The position numbers and the translations under genes were made by a program. The notes below the pieces were generated by a model that worked only from the letters and a program-made list of their open reading frames with translations, was not told where the DNA came from and searched no databases. Positions 48,818 to 59,414 of a stretch of DNA of 64,000 nucleotides are shown one piece after another. The stretch is taken from assembly GCA_041659325.1 (NCBI GenBank), contig JBAZYN010000001.1:238819-302818 (forward strand), read 5' to 3'. The first letter of the stretch is position 1. Each line of letters starts with the position of its first letter. The DNA comes from Candidatus Shapirobacteria bacterium (GTDB taxonomy: Bacteria; Patescibacteriota; Microgenomatia; UBA12405).

Positions 48818-50477
48818 TCGTAATTATACTCGCAGTGTCATAAAGTACGTTTTTGATTTTTTTAATTTTTGCTCCGGGAATCATCTCAATCTCAGAAACG
48901 TGGACATCAGAAGACGTCCAAAAAGCCACATTTCTTAAATTTTTATCAACCGGCCAATCAACTTTTCGAAAAATATATTTATCGAAATTAAAGTTGAGAT
49001 TTCCACATACTCCCGGTTTTGGCCTCAAATAAGAAAAACTTTGAAAAGTTGTCGGGTCGAACTGCTGATAAAACAACAGGAAAATGTAGCTCTGTGCGTG
49101 TGGGCTATCAATTATTATCTGATCATATTTATCCTGAATACTCTCCAAATAAGGCATACCTTCTTTATATCCACCCGGCTGGTATGTACCATTATTTTCA
49201 TAGGATGAATACAGCAGCTCATTATTAATTGTATATATTATTGATACCGCTATTATCGTAACAAAGCCAACCAACAACCCTTTTTTAACATTAGGGGACT
49301 CTACTATACTATTTATGCTCCTAAATACCTGATACACCCCTAGGGCAACAATAATCTCCAGAGCAGGATAAATATTTAAAGACCGCAACGGGTGGTACCA
49401 ATTCCATGTCGCCGCCGCCGGAGCAATCCCGGCTACTATCCAGTAAATTAAAAATCGTAAATTGAAAGATCTTAAAATTCTTTTTATTAAATACAGAAAA
49501 CCAAAAATAAAAAATATGCCCTCTAACCAACCAAGCATCCCCATACCCACAATAAACATTGGTGACATTTCCACCCACTTAAAAATCCTCTCATTTAGAT
49601 TAATAGGGGAAACATATGAAAAAATATGACCACTTATGATCCCGCCCAAATAATATAGGGAGCTTATCGGATTGGTTATCTCATTCGGTGCATATGGATA
49701 AAACCTGGAGAAAACATTTTCTTGCTTAAATCTTGTTAATACATTTCCACCGGTGTTGGCCAATAAAATAGGGACACAAAGAATTACCAGGCCGACAAGT
49801 GGTAACACTTTTTGATAATTTTTATTTATGTATTTCGATAACTCTTTTAATAAATTCTTTTTTAAAACTAGTTTTATGGGGTCCAGTGCCCAAAAGACCA
49901 AAAACATCGGCGCGCTAAGCCGGGCGGAGTGGTAACTATAAATAGAAAGTGCAAAAAACACCGTCGACCAAAAAACTTTAATTTTACTTTTTGTATTAAT
50001 TAAAAACCAGCATCCGGCAATAAAAAAAGCTGCCGACAAATTAGCCTCAAAAGCAGTTCGGGAAAAATGAATTCGCCAAGGTTGAAAAGACAATATTGCA
50101 AAAGTCAACAACAATAAATTTTTATTCCGAATAAATGTTTTCAAAAACAGAAACAAAAATACCAAAGATACTACGCCTACCACTGCCGATACCATCCTTA
50201 CCGCAGAATCATTTAACTCACCAAAATATATAAATGGAATTGTTAGATAAGAGTATAAAGCCGGTTTAAAATCATTAAATGACCTCAAAGACAATGGTAG
50301 TAGATTCCCATACTCATCCTTACCGGTCTTCAGCAAACTATAAGCGTTGTACCCCAAAGCCGCTTCATCATAACCCAATGATGCCGGAGATTTATCTAGA
50401 CCGACAAATCGAACAAACGCTGCCGCTAGTAGAATAATTGACACAAAAATAATTAAAAAAGATTTTCGGCTTATCAC
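48810..50477 (-). CDS. PMT/ArnT-superfamily (GT39/GT83-like) GT-C membrane glycosyltransferase, paralog 3
   Basis: 'LGYDEAALGYNAYSLLKTGKDEYGNLLP' is the family motif. Confidence 0.6.
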   Translation of the reverse strand: MISRKSFLIIFVSIILLAAAFVRFVGLDKSPASLGYDEAALGYNAYSLLKTGKDEYGNLLPLSLRSFNDFKPALYSYLTIPFIYFGELNDSAVRMVSAVVGVVSLVFLFLFLKTFIRNKNLLLLTFAILSFQPWRIHFSRTAFEANLSAAFFIAGCWFLINTKSKIKVFWSTVFFALSIYSYHSARLSAPMFLVFWALDPIKLVLKKNLLKELSKYINKNYQKVLPLVGLVILCVPILLANTGGNVLTRFKQENVFSRFYPYAPNEITNPISSLYYLGGIISGHIFSYVSPINLNERIFKWVEMSPMFIVGMGMLGWLEGIFFIFGFLYLIKRILRSFNLRFLIYWIVAGIAPAAATWNWYHPLRSLNIYPALEIIVALGVYQVFRSINSIVESPNVKKGLLVGFVTIIAVSIIYTINNELLYSSYENNGTYQPGGYKEGMPYLESIQDKYDQIIIDSPHAQSYIFLLFYQQFDPTTFQSFSYLRPKPGVCGNLNFNFDKYIFRKVDWPVDKNLRNVAFWTSSDVHVSEIEMIPGAKIKKIKNVLYDTASIITIE

Positions 50478-51850
50478 TACCTGATGGCTAAACCTATATC
50501 ATTGCCATACTGATTAGCAATCGTGTCCCTCAATCGTTTATGCGCCATAAAACTCCACCCCTGGTTCTGAGCAATTTCTTTCCAATTCTCATCAATATCA
50601 TTGTTAAATTTCGGCCCGACGAACTCACCTGCAAATCCGGCATAAATACTATTCCCAACCAAAATATCGCTTTTCGCATTAAAATTATTAAAGATAATAT
50701 TTGGTTGATCGCACTTCTCTCCCAGATAAAACCGACAATAAGCTTTCGTGTTTCCGATTAGTGTAGTAACCTGAATCCTCGAGTACAAAGATATATCCAC
50801 TGCTCGTAAATTTTCAAACCAAAATTGATATGCCAAAGGTCTGTTGTCAAACCAATACTCTCTCCTGACCGTCATATCATAAAAATTAATCCCAAAACTG
50901 TATATGGTTAAAATACCGAATGCTATCAAAAAAAATCCCGCCAATCCGTATCCTTTTATTCTCGAACTATCCAAATTAACCACCGCTTCCGATAATGTAA
51001 TAGATATTGGCAACATTATAAATACCATTCTCAGCCCCTTGTCGCCCGAATAACTCAAATAATCAATCAGAGAAATAATAAGACAAATAATCAAAAATTT
51101 TGTAGTCTGTTTATTCTTTATTTTCATCAAAAAATAAATTCCGAAAATGCACAAATATATTTCCGGCCAATAAAACATTACGATCGATTTTTGTTCCATC
51201 GGGTGAACTTCCTGAAAAAAAAGTGTTTCTACATCAAAAAATGGTAATATTTCTTTTATCACATTCCTGTAAATAAAAAAATATTTGTTGTAGCTCACTC
51301 GACGCAACCAAAGTGGCGTCATTATTCGAGGAGATAGGGTATCTTCACTCGATATCCTGATAGTAACTTCATCCTGCGCTCCCCCGAGAGACAGTTTTGA
51401 TAATATCGTAGGCCGATTGTTGAAAAGAATCAGATTGGCACCTAAAACCAATACAATTAGGCCCAGACCAATCGCTACAAATCTAACATTTTTTAGATAT
51501 ACGAAGAAAACATATAACGAGCCGATAATTACAAATAACTTTGCTACAATCAGCGGATGTATTAACCATAAAGCAAAAAAGGTTGGCGAAATCAGTACAA
51601 ATATGCACGACCACAAAACCACATTTTTAGAAATATATTTTGAGGCCAACTTATACCAAATCCAAAGATAACCACACGAGACTAAAAAAGTCCCAAACCG
51701 TAGCCCCCACAAGGACAAATCCCCGCCGATATTAAAAATATTTAATATTTTGAGCTGCTCTTCACCGGGGGGATAACTAATTTCTCTCGCTACAATAAAC
51801 TCGATCACCGTAATCAAAAGAAAAATAACCACTACCAACCATTTTTTCAT
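50477..51850 (-). CDS. Unclassified polytopic membrane protein in the GT-C cluster
   Basis: The 457-aa protein has multiple TM segments. The C-terminal region resembles the tails of the GT39-like paralogs. No N-terminal DE motif is present. Confidence 0.35.
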   Translation of the reverse strand: MKKWLVVVIFLLITVIEFIVAREISYPPGEEQLKILNIFNIGGDLSLWGLRFGTFLVSCGYLWIWYKLASKYISKNVVLWSCIFVLISPTFFALWLIHPLIVAKLFVIIGSLYVFFVYLKNVRFVAIGLGLIVLVLGANLILFNNRPTILSKLSLGGAQDEVTIRISSEDTLSPRIMTPLWLRRVSYNKYFFIYRNVIKEILPFFDVETLFFQEVHPMEQKSIVMFYWPEIYLCIFGIYFLMKIKNKQTTKFLIICLIISLIDYLSYSGDKGLRMVFIMLPISITLSEAVVNLDSSRIKGYGLAGFFLIAFGILTIYSFGINFYDMTVRREYWFDNRPLAYQFWFENLRAVDISLYSRIQVTTLIGNTKAYCRFYLGEKCDQPNIIFNNFNAKSDILVGNSIYAGFAGEFVGPKFNNDIDENWKEIAQNQGWSFMAHKRLRDTIANQYGNDIGLAIR

Positions 51851-51879
51851 TAGCTTTAGTATAAAATATATGGTGTCAA

Positions 51880-53514
51880 ATGGAAACTAGGCGCCTTTAT
51901 CTTATATTTATCATTGTTTTAGCTTCATTTTTACGATTTGGGAAGCTCACCTCCCTTCCACCTTCATTATTCTCCGACGAAGTCGATGCCGGTTATCAGG
52001 CATTAACTTTCACCCAAAAACAAACTGACTATTTTGGTAACAAATTTCCTACTCATTTTCACTCGTTCTCTGACTGGCGCACCTCACTCCAAATATATTC
52101 AATCTCTATTTTTCAGAATATTACTAAAAACCACGAAATTTCAGTCCGCCTGCCCTCAGCATTTTTTGGAATTTTTTCAGTTTTTGTACTTTATTTGATA
52201 ACCAAGTCACTAATTCCGACGCTACTGCTTGCAATTTCGCCGTGGGCTATTCACTACAGCCGCACTGGTTTTGAAGTTTCCGGCATGGTTTTGGTAATTT
52301 TATTGGGAATTTATTTTTGGCAACAGTTTCTAAAAACAAATAAATATGTTTTCATTTTTCTTTCGGCCTTTTCTTTTTGTTTATCGCCATATTATTACAG
52401 CACGGCAAAACTTTTTTTACCAATCCTGGCCATTTTGATCTTCTTAATCTGGAAAAAAGAAATAATGAGAATCGGCGTTAAAAAATTATTTCCCGTGGTG
52501 TGTTTTTGTCTTCTGATTCTATCCCCGTTAATTTCTGACACTGTCTCCGGCCGTTCCGGATTTCGTTTCTCATACATCAGCATTTTTACGCAACCCCATC
52601 GGGAACAGGTTGTTGACTCACTCCGGTATCAGGACATTCTCATGGATCACCCAAACCAAATCGGCGTAAAAACACCCCTCCTGTCTTATGTCTTTCATAA
52701 CAAATTACAGATTCCGGCTAAACGATTTATGGAAAATTATATCTCCTCGTTTTCCACTGAATTTCTGATAATCAGGGGAGATGCTAATTCCCGTCATGGC
52801 TTCGGAGGCCACGGACTTATATACCTAATTGATTATTTCCTAATTTTAATCGGGATTTTCGCCACCTTTATCCCTAAAAATAAATTATCTCTCCTCTTCC
52901 TGGGATTATTGCTGACCTCTCCAATCCCCTATGCCCTGACGCGGGATTCAAATTCTCCTCATGCCACCAGACTAATTCTTATGCTGCCATCGATCATCTA
53001 TTTTACCTATCTTGGGATAAACCATTTACGTTCTCAAAACCGACATGTCTTCTACCTCCTGCTAACTTTATATCTACTATCCCTTATAAACTTTGGACAT
53101 TATTATTACTACCACTATCCTCAGGATAGCGCCCGATATTGGCACACCGGCATGAAAGAAGCCATTCTTGCTTCCAATTTTTACTGGGATAACCCCATTG
53201 TATTTTCCGACAGCTACGAACCTTTTCTTCCATTTTTTCTTTTTTACAAACCCCACGAGCTTGACTCAACATCTCTCACTACAAATTTGGTAGAAATTAA
53301 CAACCCCTCTTTTTCCGGTCAAAGCTTGGACAATACATATTATTTTGGGCATATAAATTGGTCAAATTTATCACAATTCCCAAGTAATTCAGTTTTTGTT
53401 GTACCAAAATCAGAATATGATGGACAAAATATTCAGAACACCGTTATTAAACAAGTTATAAATAAGCGATATCTAAACCAGGAAGAATTCTATTTAATCA
53501 CCTTTAACCAATGA
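51880..53514 (+). CDS. PMT/ArnT-superfamily (GT39/GT83-like) GT-C membrane glycosyltransferase, paralog 4
   Basis: 'FSDEVDAGYQALTFTQKQTDYFGNKFP' is the family motif. The C-terminus carries 'HYYYYHYPQDSARYWHTGMKEAI'. Confidence 0.55.
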   Translation: METRRLYLIFIIVLASFLRFGKLTSLPPSLFSDEVDAGYQALTFTQKQTDYFGNKFPTHFHSFSDWRTSLQIYSISIFQNITKNHEISVRLPSAFFGIFSVFVLYLITKSLIPTLLLAISPWAIHYSRTGFEVSGMVLVILLGIYFWQQFLKTNKYVFIFLSAFSFCLSPYYYSTAKLFLPILAILIFLIWKKEIMRIGVKKLFPVVCFCLLILSPLISDTVSGRSGFRFSYISIFTQPHREQVVDSLRYQDILMDHPNQIGVKTPLLSYVFHNKLQIPAKRFMENYISSFSTEFLIIRGDANSRHGFGGHGLIYLIDYFLILIGIFATFIPKNKLSLLFLGLLLTSPIPYALTRDSNSPHATRLILMLPSIIYFTYLGINHLRSQNRHVFYLLLTLYLLSLINFGHYYYYHYPQDSARYWHTGMKEAILASNFYWDNPIVFSDSYEPFLPFFLFYKPHELDSTSLTTNLVEINNPSFSGQSLDNTYYFGHINWSNLSQFPSNSVFVVPKSEYDGQNIQNTVIKQVINKRYLNQEEFYLITFNQ

Positions 53515-55175
53515 AAAACCCGCTACCTTTCTTTAAAAATTATTTTTGGATTATCCTGGTAATTTCCATTAGTTTTTTTTCTTTTAATTCATTGCTAAAA
53601 AGTGGCTATATTCCCATGTATGACGACATGCAACCAATCAGACTTCAGCAACTTGATAAATGTATAAAGGATGGGCAAATACCTTGTCGCTGGACACCAG
53701 ATCTGGGTTATGGCTACGGTTATCCGCTCTTTATTTTCTATTCTCCCTTTGTGTATTATGTCATGGAGATTTTCCACCTTGTTGGGTTTTCAATCCTTAC
53801 TTCAATCAAAATTGGCTTTTTGCTTAGTTTTGTTTTTTCTGCTCTCACCATGTTTCTTTTGGGAAAAATACTTTGGGGAAACCTGGGCGGTCTTGTCTCT
53901 TCCGCTTTTTACATATACGCCCCTTTTCGGGCAACCGATGTTTATAGTCGTGGCGCGGTCAGTGAATTTTGGGCACTTGGATTTTTCCCTTTAATTCTTT
54001 GGTCAATTTTGAACTTTATTCAAAATCCCACCAAAAAAAGAAATAGCCTTTATCTTTCACTTTCGCTTGCCGGTCTTTTACTTACTCATAATTTATCCTC
54101 AATTGCTTTTGCCCCGGTAGCGATAACCTGGACCCTTGTCCTTCTTTCCTATTACAAAAAATGGCAAATTGTCCCTCGGTTGTTTTTAAGTGTTTTTATT
54201 GGCGCTTTATTGTCGGCGTTCTACATCGTCCCTCTGATAGTGGAAAAATCCCTTGTTCACCTTGACAGTATGACGTCGGGATACTTTAATTATCTAGCCC
54301 ATTTTACTTCGATAAGACAACTATTTTTCCGGGGCCACTGGGGTTTTGGCAGCAGCGAACTTGGTCCGTACGACGATGCCTCTTTTGGCATCGGAATTAT
54401 CCACTATCTTTCCCTAATCGTCACTATCGTGTTGTCTCTTAAAAATCAAATTTTTTCTAAAAACAATTTAGTTAAAATTACCCTTCTTTTTTTTACTTTT
54501 ATTTTCGCGTCTTCAATTTTTCTTACTCATTCAAAATCTTCTTTTGTCTGGCAAACATTCACTTTCTTAAAATATTTTCAATTCCCTTGGCGCTTTCTGA
54601 CCCTCTCGATCCTCTCGGGTTCAATTCTCGCCGGTTTCCCTATTTTTCTACTAAGAAAAAACAGTAAATCTGCCGTTTTCTACACAATATTTTTTATTTT
54701 TGTTGTAATCTATTTCAATGTTGGTTTTTTCAGACCATCAGAATATATCAAAATTGACGATCAACAAAAATTGTCGGGAAAAAGTTTAGAACGACAAGTT
54801 ACCGCCAGTATCTACGATTACCTTCCGATTTTTGCCCAAGCGCCTCCCTCAACCCCAGCTCCAAACCTACCCCAGATCATAAGTGGCAGTGCCCAAATAA
54901 TTAGTTACACCAAAGGCACTGATTGGCAAAAGGGAAGTATCATTTCCAATGAAAAAAGTACCATTCAACTTCCGGTATTTTACTATCCTGGCTTTAAATT
55001 ATGGCTCAATGGTCAACAAACAGACATTTCTTATGGTAATAATCTTGGGCTAATTACTTTTAATGTTCCGGCAGGGGAGAGCCAATTTTATCTCAAACTA
55101 ACTCGAACTCCGGATAGAATAATTGGCGATATTTTAACCATTATTGGTATACTAATCCTAATCTTTTATGTCTAA
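53511..55175 (+). CDS. YfhO-like GT-C membrane glycosyltransferase
   Basis: 'MYDDMQPIRLQQLDKCIKDGQIPCRWTPDLGYGYGYPLFIFYSP' is the N-terminal motif. The C-terminus has 'YYPGFKLWLNGQQTDISYGNNLGLITFNVPAGESQFYL' followed by a terminal TM. Confidence 0.55.
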   Translation: MKNPLPFFKNYFWIILVISISFFSFNSLLKSGYIPMYDDMQPIRLQQLDKCIKDGQIPCRWTPDLGYGYGYPLFIFYSPFVYYVMEIFHLVGFSILTSIKIGFLLSFVFSALTMFLLGKILWGNLGGLVSSAFYIYAPFRATDVYSRGAVSEFWALGFFPLILWSILNFIQNPTKKRNSLYLSLSLAGLLLTHNLSSIAFAPVAITWTLVLLSYYKKWQIVPRLFLSVFIGALLSAFYIVPLIVEKSLVHLDSMTSGYFNYLAHFTSIRQLFFRGHWGFGSSELGPYDDASFGIGIIHYLSLIVTIVLSLKNQIFSKNNLVKITLLFFTFIFASSIFLTHSKSSFVWQTFTFLKYFQFPWRFLTLSILSGSILAGFPIFLLRKNSKSAVFYTIFFIFVVIYFNVGFFRPSEYIKIDDQQKLSGKSLERQVTASIYDYLPIFAQAPPSTPAPNLPQIISGSAQIISYTKGTDWQKGSIISNEKSTIQLPVFYYPGFKLWLNGQQTDISYGNNLGLITFNVPAGESQFYLKLTRTPDRIIGDILTIIGILILIFYV

Positions 55176-56178
55176 AATTAGACTAGTACTCTTTTTTTCC
55201 ACCTTGTTTATCATAGGATTTCATCTTCAATTTTCGGCCCCTTCACCCCAAATACTCCAACAAACCGAACAATGTTTCCAAGACGGCCAAATCCCTTGCC
55301 GTTTCCTCCCGAATGTGAACAATGGCTATGGTTATCCCTATTTTACAAGAGAGTCACCCTTTCCTTATTATTTATCCCTAGTCTTTCGAATTTTTGGATT
55401 AAATTATTCATTGAGTCTGGTTATCTCAACCGTTATCGTTTTAGCCGGAACCACCTACCTTCTCAAAAAAATATTGTTTCAAAAAAATCATCTCTTATCA
55501 ATCCTGGCCCCATTAGGTATCAGCCTATTGTTTTTTTACTTTTCAAATGTTTACTTTCTTTTGCCATTTTGTTTATTAATTATTTTCAATACTTCAAATC
55601 CTTTTCTAACCGCCTTAATGTTCGCCTTATTAATTATTTCTAGTTCAAAATTGACACTTGTTCCCTTAATTGTTTTTATAATTATTGTTTTAACACTTTT
55701 GTTTACCCAAAAAAAATCATTTTTGTTGTTGTCAATTTTTTTTGGGCTATTGCTTTCTTCTTTCCATTTGGGCCCAATGCTATTTGACAGATTACCACCA
55801 CTGTCCGGACTTACTTTCTTAAAAAGCTATTATCTTGAACCGTCTGTAGTTTACGGCCGGGCAAATATTTCCCAATACAAAAAAAGGACCAATTTTTGGC
55901 GATTTACGATAAATGTCCCCGCAAACCAATCTTCTGTTATCTCAGTTCCTATCGCTTATTATGATGGTTGGACCGTTCTGCTAAATCAAAAAAAAATAAA
56001 CCCTAACAATCCGGTACTGCTCCAACCCATTGAGTTAACTATTCCCCCGGGAAATCATACTGTAGCTGCCTTTCTTGAAGAAAGCAAAAACCATCTCTTT
56101 TTTAACTCTTTAAGTATAATCTCTTTTATCTCCATTTTTATTTTTACCTTTCCCAAGCATGATCCAAAAAATTCTTAA
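55168..56178 (+). CDS. Shortened YfhO-like paralog (middle region missing)
   Basis: It has both the N-terminal 'CFQDGQIPCRFLPNVNNGYGYPYF' motif and the C-terminal 'YYDGWTVLLNQKKI...PPGNHTV' motif. It is only 336 aa, against about 555 aa for its neighbours. Confidence 0.45.
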   Translation: MSKIRLVLFFSTLFIIGFHLQFSAPSPQILQQTEQCFQDGQIPCRFLPNVNNGYGYPYFTRESPFPYYLSLVFRIFGLNYSLSLVISTVIVLAGTTYLLKKILFQKNHLLSILAPLGISLLFFYFSNVYFLLPFCLLIIFNTSNPFLTALMFALLIISSSKLTLVPLIVFIIIVLTLLFTQKKSFLLLSIFFGLLLSSFHLGPMLFDRLPPLSGLTFLKSYYLEPSVVYGRANISQYKKRTNFWRFTINVPANQSSVISVPIAYYDGWTVLLNQKKINPNNPVLLQPIELTIPPGNHTVAAFLEESKNHLFFNSLSIISFISIFIFTFPKHDPKNS

Positions 56179-57841
56179 AAACCACATATTTTGGATTATA
56201 ATTTTTATTGCTGCCCTTTGGCAGGGAAAATATCTTTTTAATTCGGGGTTTTATACTTTTTCAGACGAATCTCATATCGCCAATCTCCATCAAATGGTTC
56301 AAGCCTTAAAATCCGGCCAATTCCCTCCTCGTTGGGCCCCAAACTTCAGTTATAACTTCGGTCATCCATTTTTCATTTTTTATTATTTACTTCCGTCTTA
56401 TTTCGGTAGCTTTTTAAATATATTCTTAGGCCTAAGTCTAATTTGGTCACTGAAAATTACCTTTTTTATATCAACTTTGGGTTCAGGACTTGCTATGTAT
56501 TTTCTTTCCCGCCAATTTTTTACCAAAACCGTCTCAACCGCCGTGGCCCTAATTTATCTTTTTACCCCGTATCGGGCAGTAGACCTCTATGCCAGAGGTG
56601 CTGTCGGGGAATTGTTTGGCTTTCTTTTTATGCCTTTGGTTTTTTTAAGTTTTATTCTTCTGATAAAAAATAAAGATAAAAAATATTTTGCTTTTGCTGT
56701 ATTTTCACTTTTCTTTCTTATTATTTCCCACCAGTTAACATTGATTATATTTTTTCCGTTTCTTCTATTTTTGTCTATTACTTACATCTATTTTTACTAC
56801 CCACCCCAAAAAGCAAAATTTCCTTTTTTAAGAATATTTTGGGCCATTTTGCTCTCCTTTTGTCTCGCAACATATTACTTAATCCCGGCTATTTTTGAAA
56901 AAAAATACATGCAGGGGGGGACTCCTTTTAACCCCATAGATCATTTTCCATTCATAAAACAGTTAATAATTCCTTACTGGGGATACGGTGCCTCAGTTTG
57001 GGGCCCTACCGATCAACTTTCGTTTAATATCGGTATCGCCAATCTCATTGGAGTAATTTTAATTATTCCTTTTGCTATTTTCTCTCGCAATATTAAATAC
57101 AAGAGTGTCATCGTCAGTCTTTTATTATGTTTTTCTATCGCCGTTTTTATGATGAATATTCGTTCTTGGCCTCTTTGGCAGATTGTCCCCATTGCCTCGT
57201 ACATCCAATTTCCCTGGCGATTCCTAATTCTAACTACTTTTACCACTCCTCTACTAATTGGCTTCCTTTCTCTCAAAAAAAACTTCTCCTGGCTACCGAT
57301 AGTTCTGGCTGTGGTAGCTACAATCAGTACCGCAAACTATTTTCGGCCTCACAAAATTTTGAATGTTGACGATAACTATTTTTTAAATCGATTTTTTATA
57401 AATCAAAACACTCAACGCGATCCGTCTCTTATTTCCAGTGAATATCAATTAAACTCCGAAGATTACCTGCCATTGACCAACTGGACGATCAAGCGACCAA
57501 CAAGTCTTCTCTCAAAAATTGATGTTGCCCCCGAAGTCACTGTTTCAAATATAAAATATCTTTCAGAAATCTCGCTTAGTTTTACTGCCAAATCAGCAGC
57601 ACCAACAATAATTAAAATAAGTAACTACTATTATCCCGGTTGGCAAGCAAAAATTGATGGTCAGATTACTCCGGTTTTCCCGGTTGATGATACCGGTAGA
57701 ATTGGTATTAATATGTCTGCCGGTGAACACCAGGTTTTTCTCGAATTTAAAAACACACCTCTTCGTACTATCGCCGACGCGATTTCTCTTTTAACTATAG
57801 TATTTTTTGCTATCTATCTTGTCTATGAAAAACATTCATAA
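56159..57841 (+). CDS. YfhO-like GT-C membrane glycosyltransferase
   Basis: 'ANLHQMVQALKSGQFPPRWAPNFSYNFGHPFFIFYY' is the N-terminal motif. 'YYYPGWQAKIDGQITPVFPVDDTGRIGINMSAGEHQVFL' follows, then the terminal TM 'AISLLTIVFFAIYLVY'. Confidence 0.55.
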   Translation: MIQKILKNHIFWIIIFIAALWQGKYLFNSGFYTFSDESHIANLHQMVQALKSGQFPPRWAPNFSYNFGHPFFIFYYLLPSYFGSFLNIFLGLSLIWSLKITFFISTLGSGLAMYFLSRQFFTKTVSTAVALIYLFTPYRAVDLYARGAVGELFGFLFMPLVFLSFILLIKNKDKKYFAFAVFSLFFLIISHQLTLIIFFPFLLFLSITYIYFYYPPQKAKFPFLRIFWAILLSFCLATYYLIPAIFEKKYMQGGTPFNPIDHFPFIKQLIIPYWGYGASVWGPTDQLSFNIGIANLIGVILIIPFAIFSRNIKYKSVIVSLLLCFSIAVFMMNIRSWPLWQIVPIASYIQFPWRFLILTTFTTPLLIGFLSLKKNFSWLPIVLAVVATISTANYFRPHKILNVDDNYFLNRFFINQNTQRDPSLISSEYQLNSEDYLPLTNWTIKRPTSLLSKIDVAPEVTVSNIKYLSEISLSFTAKSAAPTIIKISNYYYPGWQAKIDGQITPVFPVDDTGRIGINMSAGEHQVFLEFKNTPLRTIADAISLLTIVFFAIYLVYEKHS

Positions 57842-59414
57842 GATAATATTCAGTCTAATAATTCTATTCTCCATATTTTTTCGCCTTTGGCATTTAGACT
57901 CTCTACCTTCCAGTCTAAACTGGGACGAAATATCCCATGGATATAATGCCTACTCACTTTTAAATACCGGAAAAGACCAGTGGGGGACTTCCTGGCCGAT
58001 TTTTAATTTTCGTGCTTACGGTGATTACCCCACCACCCTAAACATGTACTTAACCATACCGTTTGTCGCCCTACTTGACCCAAACGAATGGAGCGTCCGA
58101 CTTCCCTGTGCTATCGCCGGAATAATTTTCGTAATTCTTTCCTATTATCTCGGGTTGCTAATTTTCAAAGACAAAAACAAAGCTCTTTTACTAATGTTTT
58201 TGGTCGCCATCAGCCCTTGGACATTATTTCCCTCAAGAGCGGTTTTTCAATCCACTATCGCTTCAACTATAATGCTTGCCGGAATTGTTTTAATCATGTC
58301 CAAGTTCTCGATATGGGGTTTTGCTTTATTAATCCTCTCGATGTTTGCCTATCACAACACCAGAATTATAGCCCTACCACTGGGGTTGTCGGCCATATAT
58401 CTCTACGGCTTTAAAAATAAAAACAAGAAAAGCATCCTTTATCTAGCCATTTTTATCGCCGCGGCTATACCCTCCCTTGTTAATTTACTATCGCCGGGTT
58501 CCCGCGCCCGCAGTCAATGGGTGGGGATTCTTTCTCCGGCCGCGATCAATCAAATCAACGAAAATCGCCGGCTCTTCACCGGTCATCCGCCGCTAAACAG
58601 AATTATCAACAATAAAATTACCTATTTTGTTCCCCGGTTTTTTCAAAATTACCTCAATCTCTTTAACCCCGTCCCTTTATTTTTCACCGGGTCAAATCAA
58701 TTTCAATTTAATGTAGCCAACCACGGTTTACTCTTCACTGTTAGTCTGCCTTTTTTCTATCTTGGGTTAATAAAATTTTCAAAAAAAATAAAAGCCAATC
58801 GGCATTTTCAATTTATGGCTATTTGGTACCTTTTGGCCCTTCTCCCGGCTGCTTTAACTACCGGAGATTTTCCCACCATCCGAGCCGTCACCGTTTTACC
58901 CCTGCCCTTCATTTTAATAATCCTCGGGCTTGAATACCTTCCGAATATTATCCCGGTATTTACGATAATTATTATCATTCAATTTGCTCTCTATTGGCAA
59001 AAATATCAACAATATAATGTAAATTATTCGTCCTCTTGGCAATACGGTTATAAACAAGTCGTCGAATTTATCAAAGACAAATATCCTGAATATCAACAAA
59101 TTATTTTAACCAAAAAATATGGCGAACCACACGAATTTATCCTTTTTTACTGGCCATGGGATCCCGCGAATTTTCAAGATAGAAACCCGGTATGGAACTA
59201 CCATTCCTCGTGGTACTGGGTCGATGCTTTTGACAAATTTGTATTCATAAACGACTGGGAAATCAAAGAAAAAACCTCGAAATTAACCCAAAAAACTTTA
59301 CTTATCACCTCACCCGGAAACTACTATCCCGAAAACAGCCAAAAACTATCCACCATTAATTTTCTCAATGGTCAACCGGCGTTTGACATCATCACCTATG
59401 AATCTGAAAACTAA
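57825..59414 (+). CDS. PMT/ArnT-superfamily (GT39/GT83-like) GT-C membrane glycosyltransferase, paralog 5
   Basis: 'NWDEISHGYNAYSLLNTGKDQWGTSWP' is the family motif. I chose the internal ATG at 57825. Confidence 0.6.
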   Translation: MKNIHKIIFSLIILFSIFFRLWHLDSLPSSLNWDEISHGYNAYSLLNTGKDQWGTSWPIFNFRAYGDYPTTLNMYLTIPFVALLDPNEWSVRLPCAIAGIIFVILSYYLGLLIFKDKNKALLLMFLVAISPWTLFPSRAVFQSTIASTIMLAGIVLIMSKFSIWGFALLILSMFAYHNTRIIALPLGLSAIYLYGFKNKNKKSILYLAIFIAAAIPSLVNLLSPGSRARSQWVGILSPAAINQINENRRLFTGHPPLNRIINNKITYFVPRFFQNYLNLFNPVPLFFTGSNQFQFNVANHGLLFTVSLPFFYLGLIKFSKKIKANRHFQFMAIWYLLALLPAALTTGDFPTIRAVTVLPLPFILIILGLEYLPNIIPVFTIIIIIQFALYWQKYQQYNVNYSSSWQYGYKQVVEFIKDKYPEYQQIILTKKYGEPHEFILFYWPWDPANFQDRNPVWNYHSSWYWVDAFDKFVFINDWEIKEKTSKLTQKTLLITSPGNYYPENSQKLSTINFLNGQPAFDIITYESEN

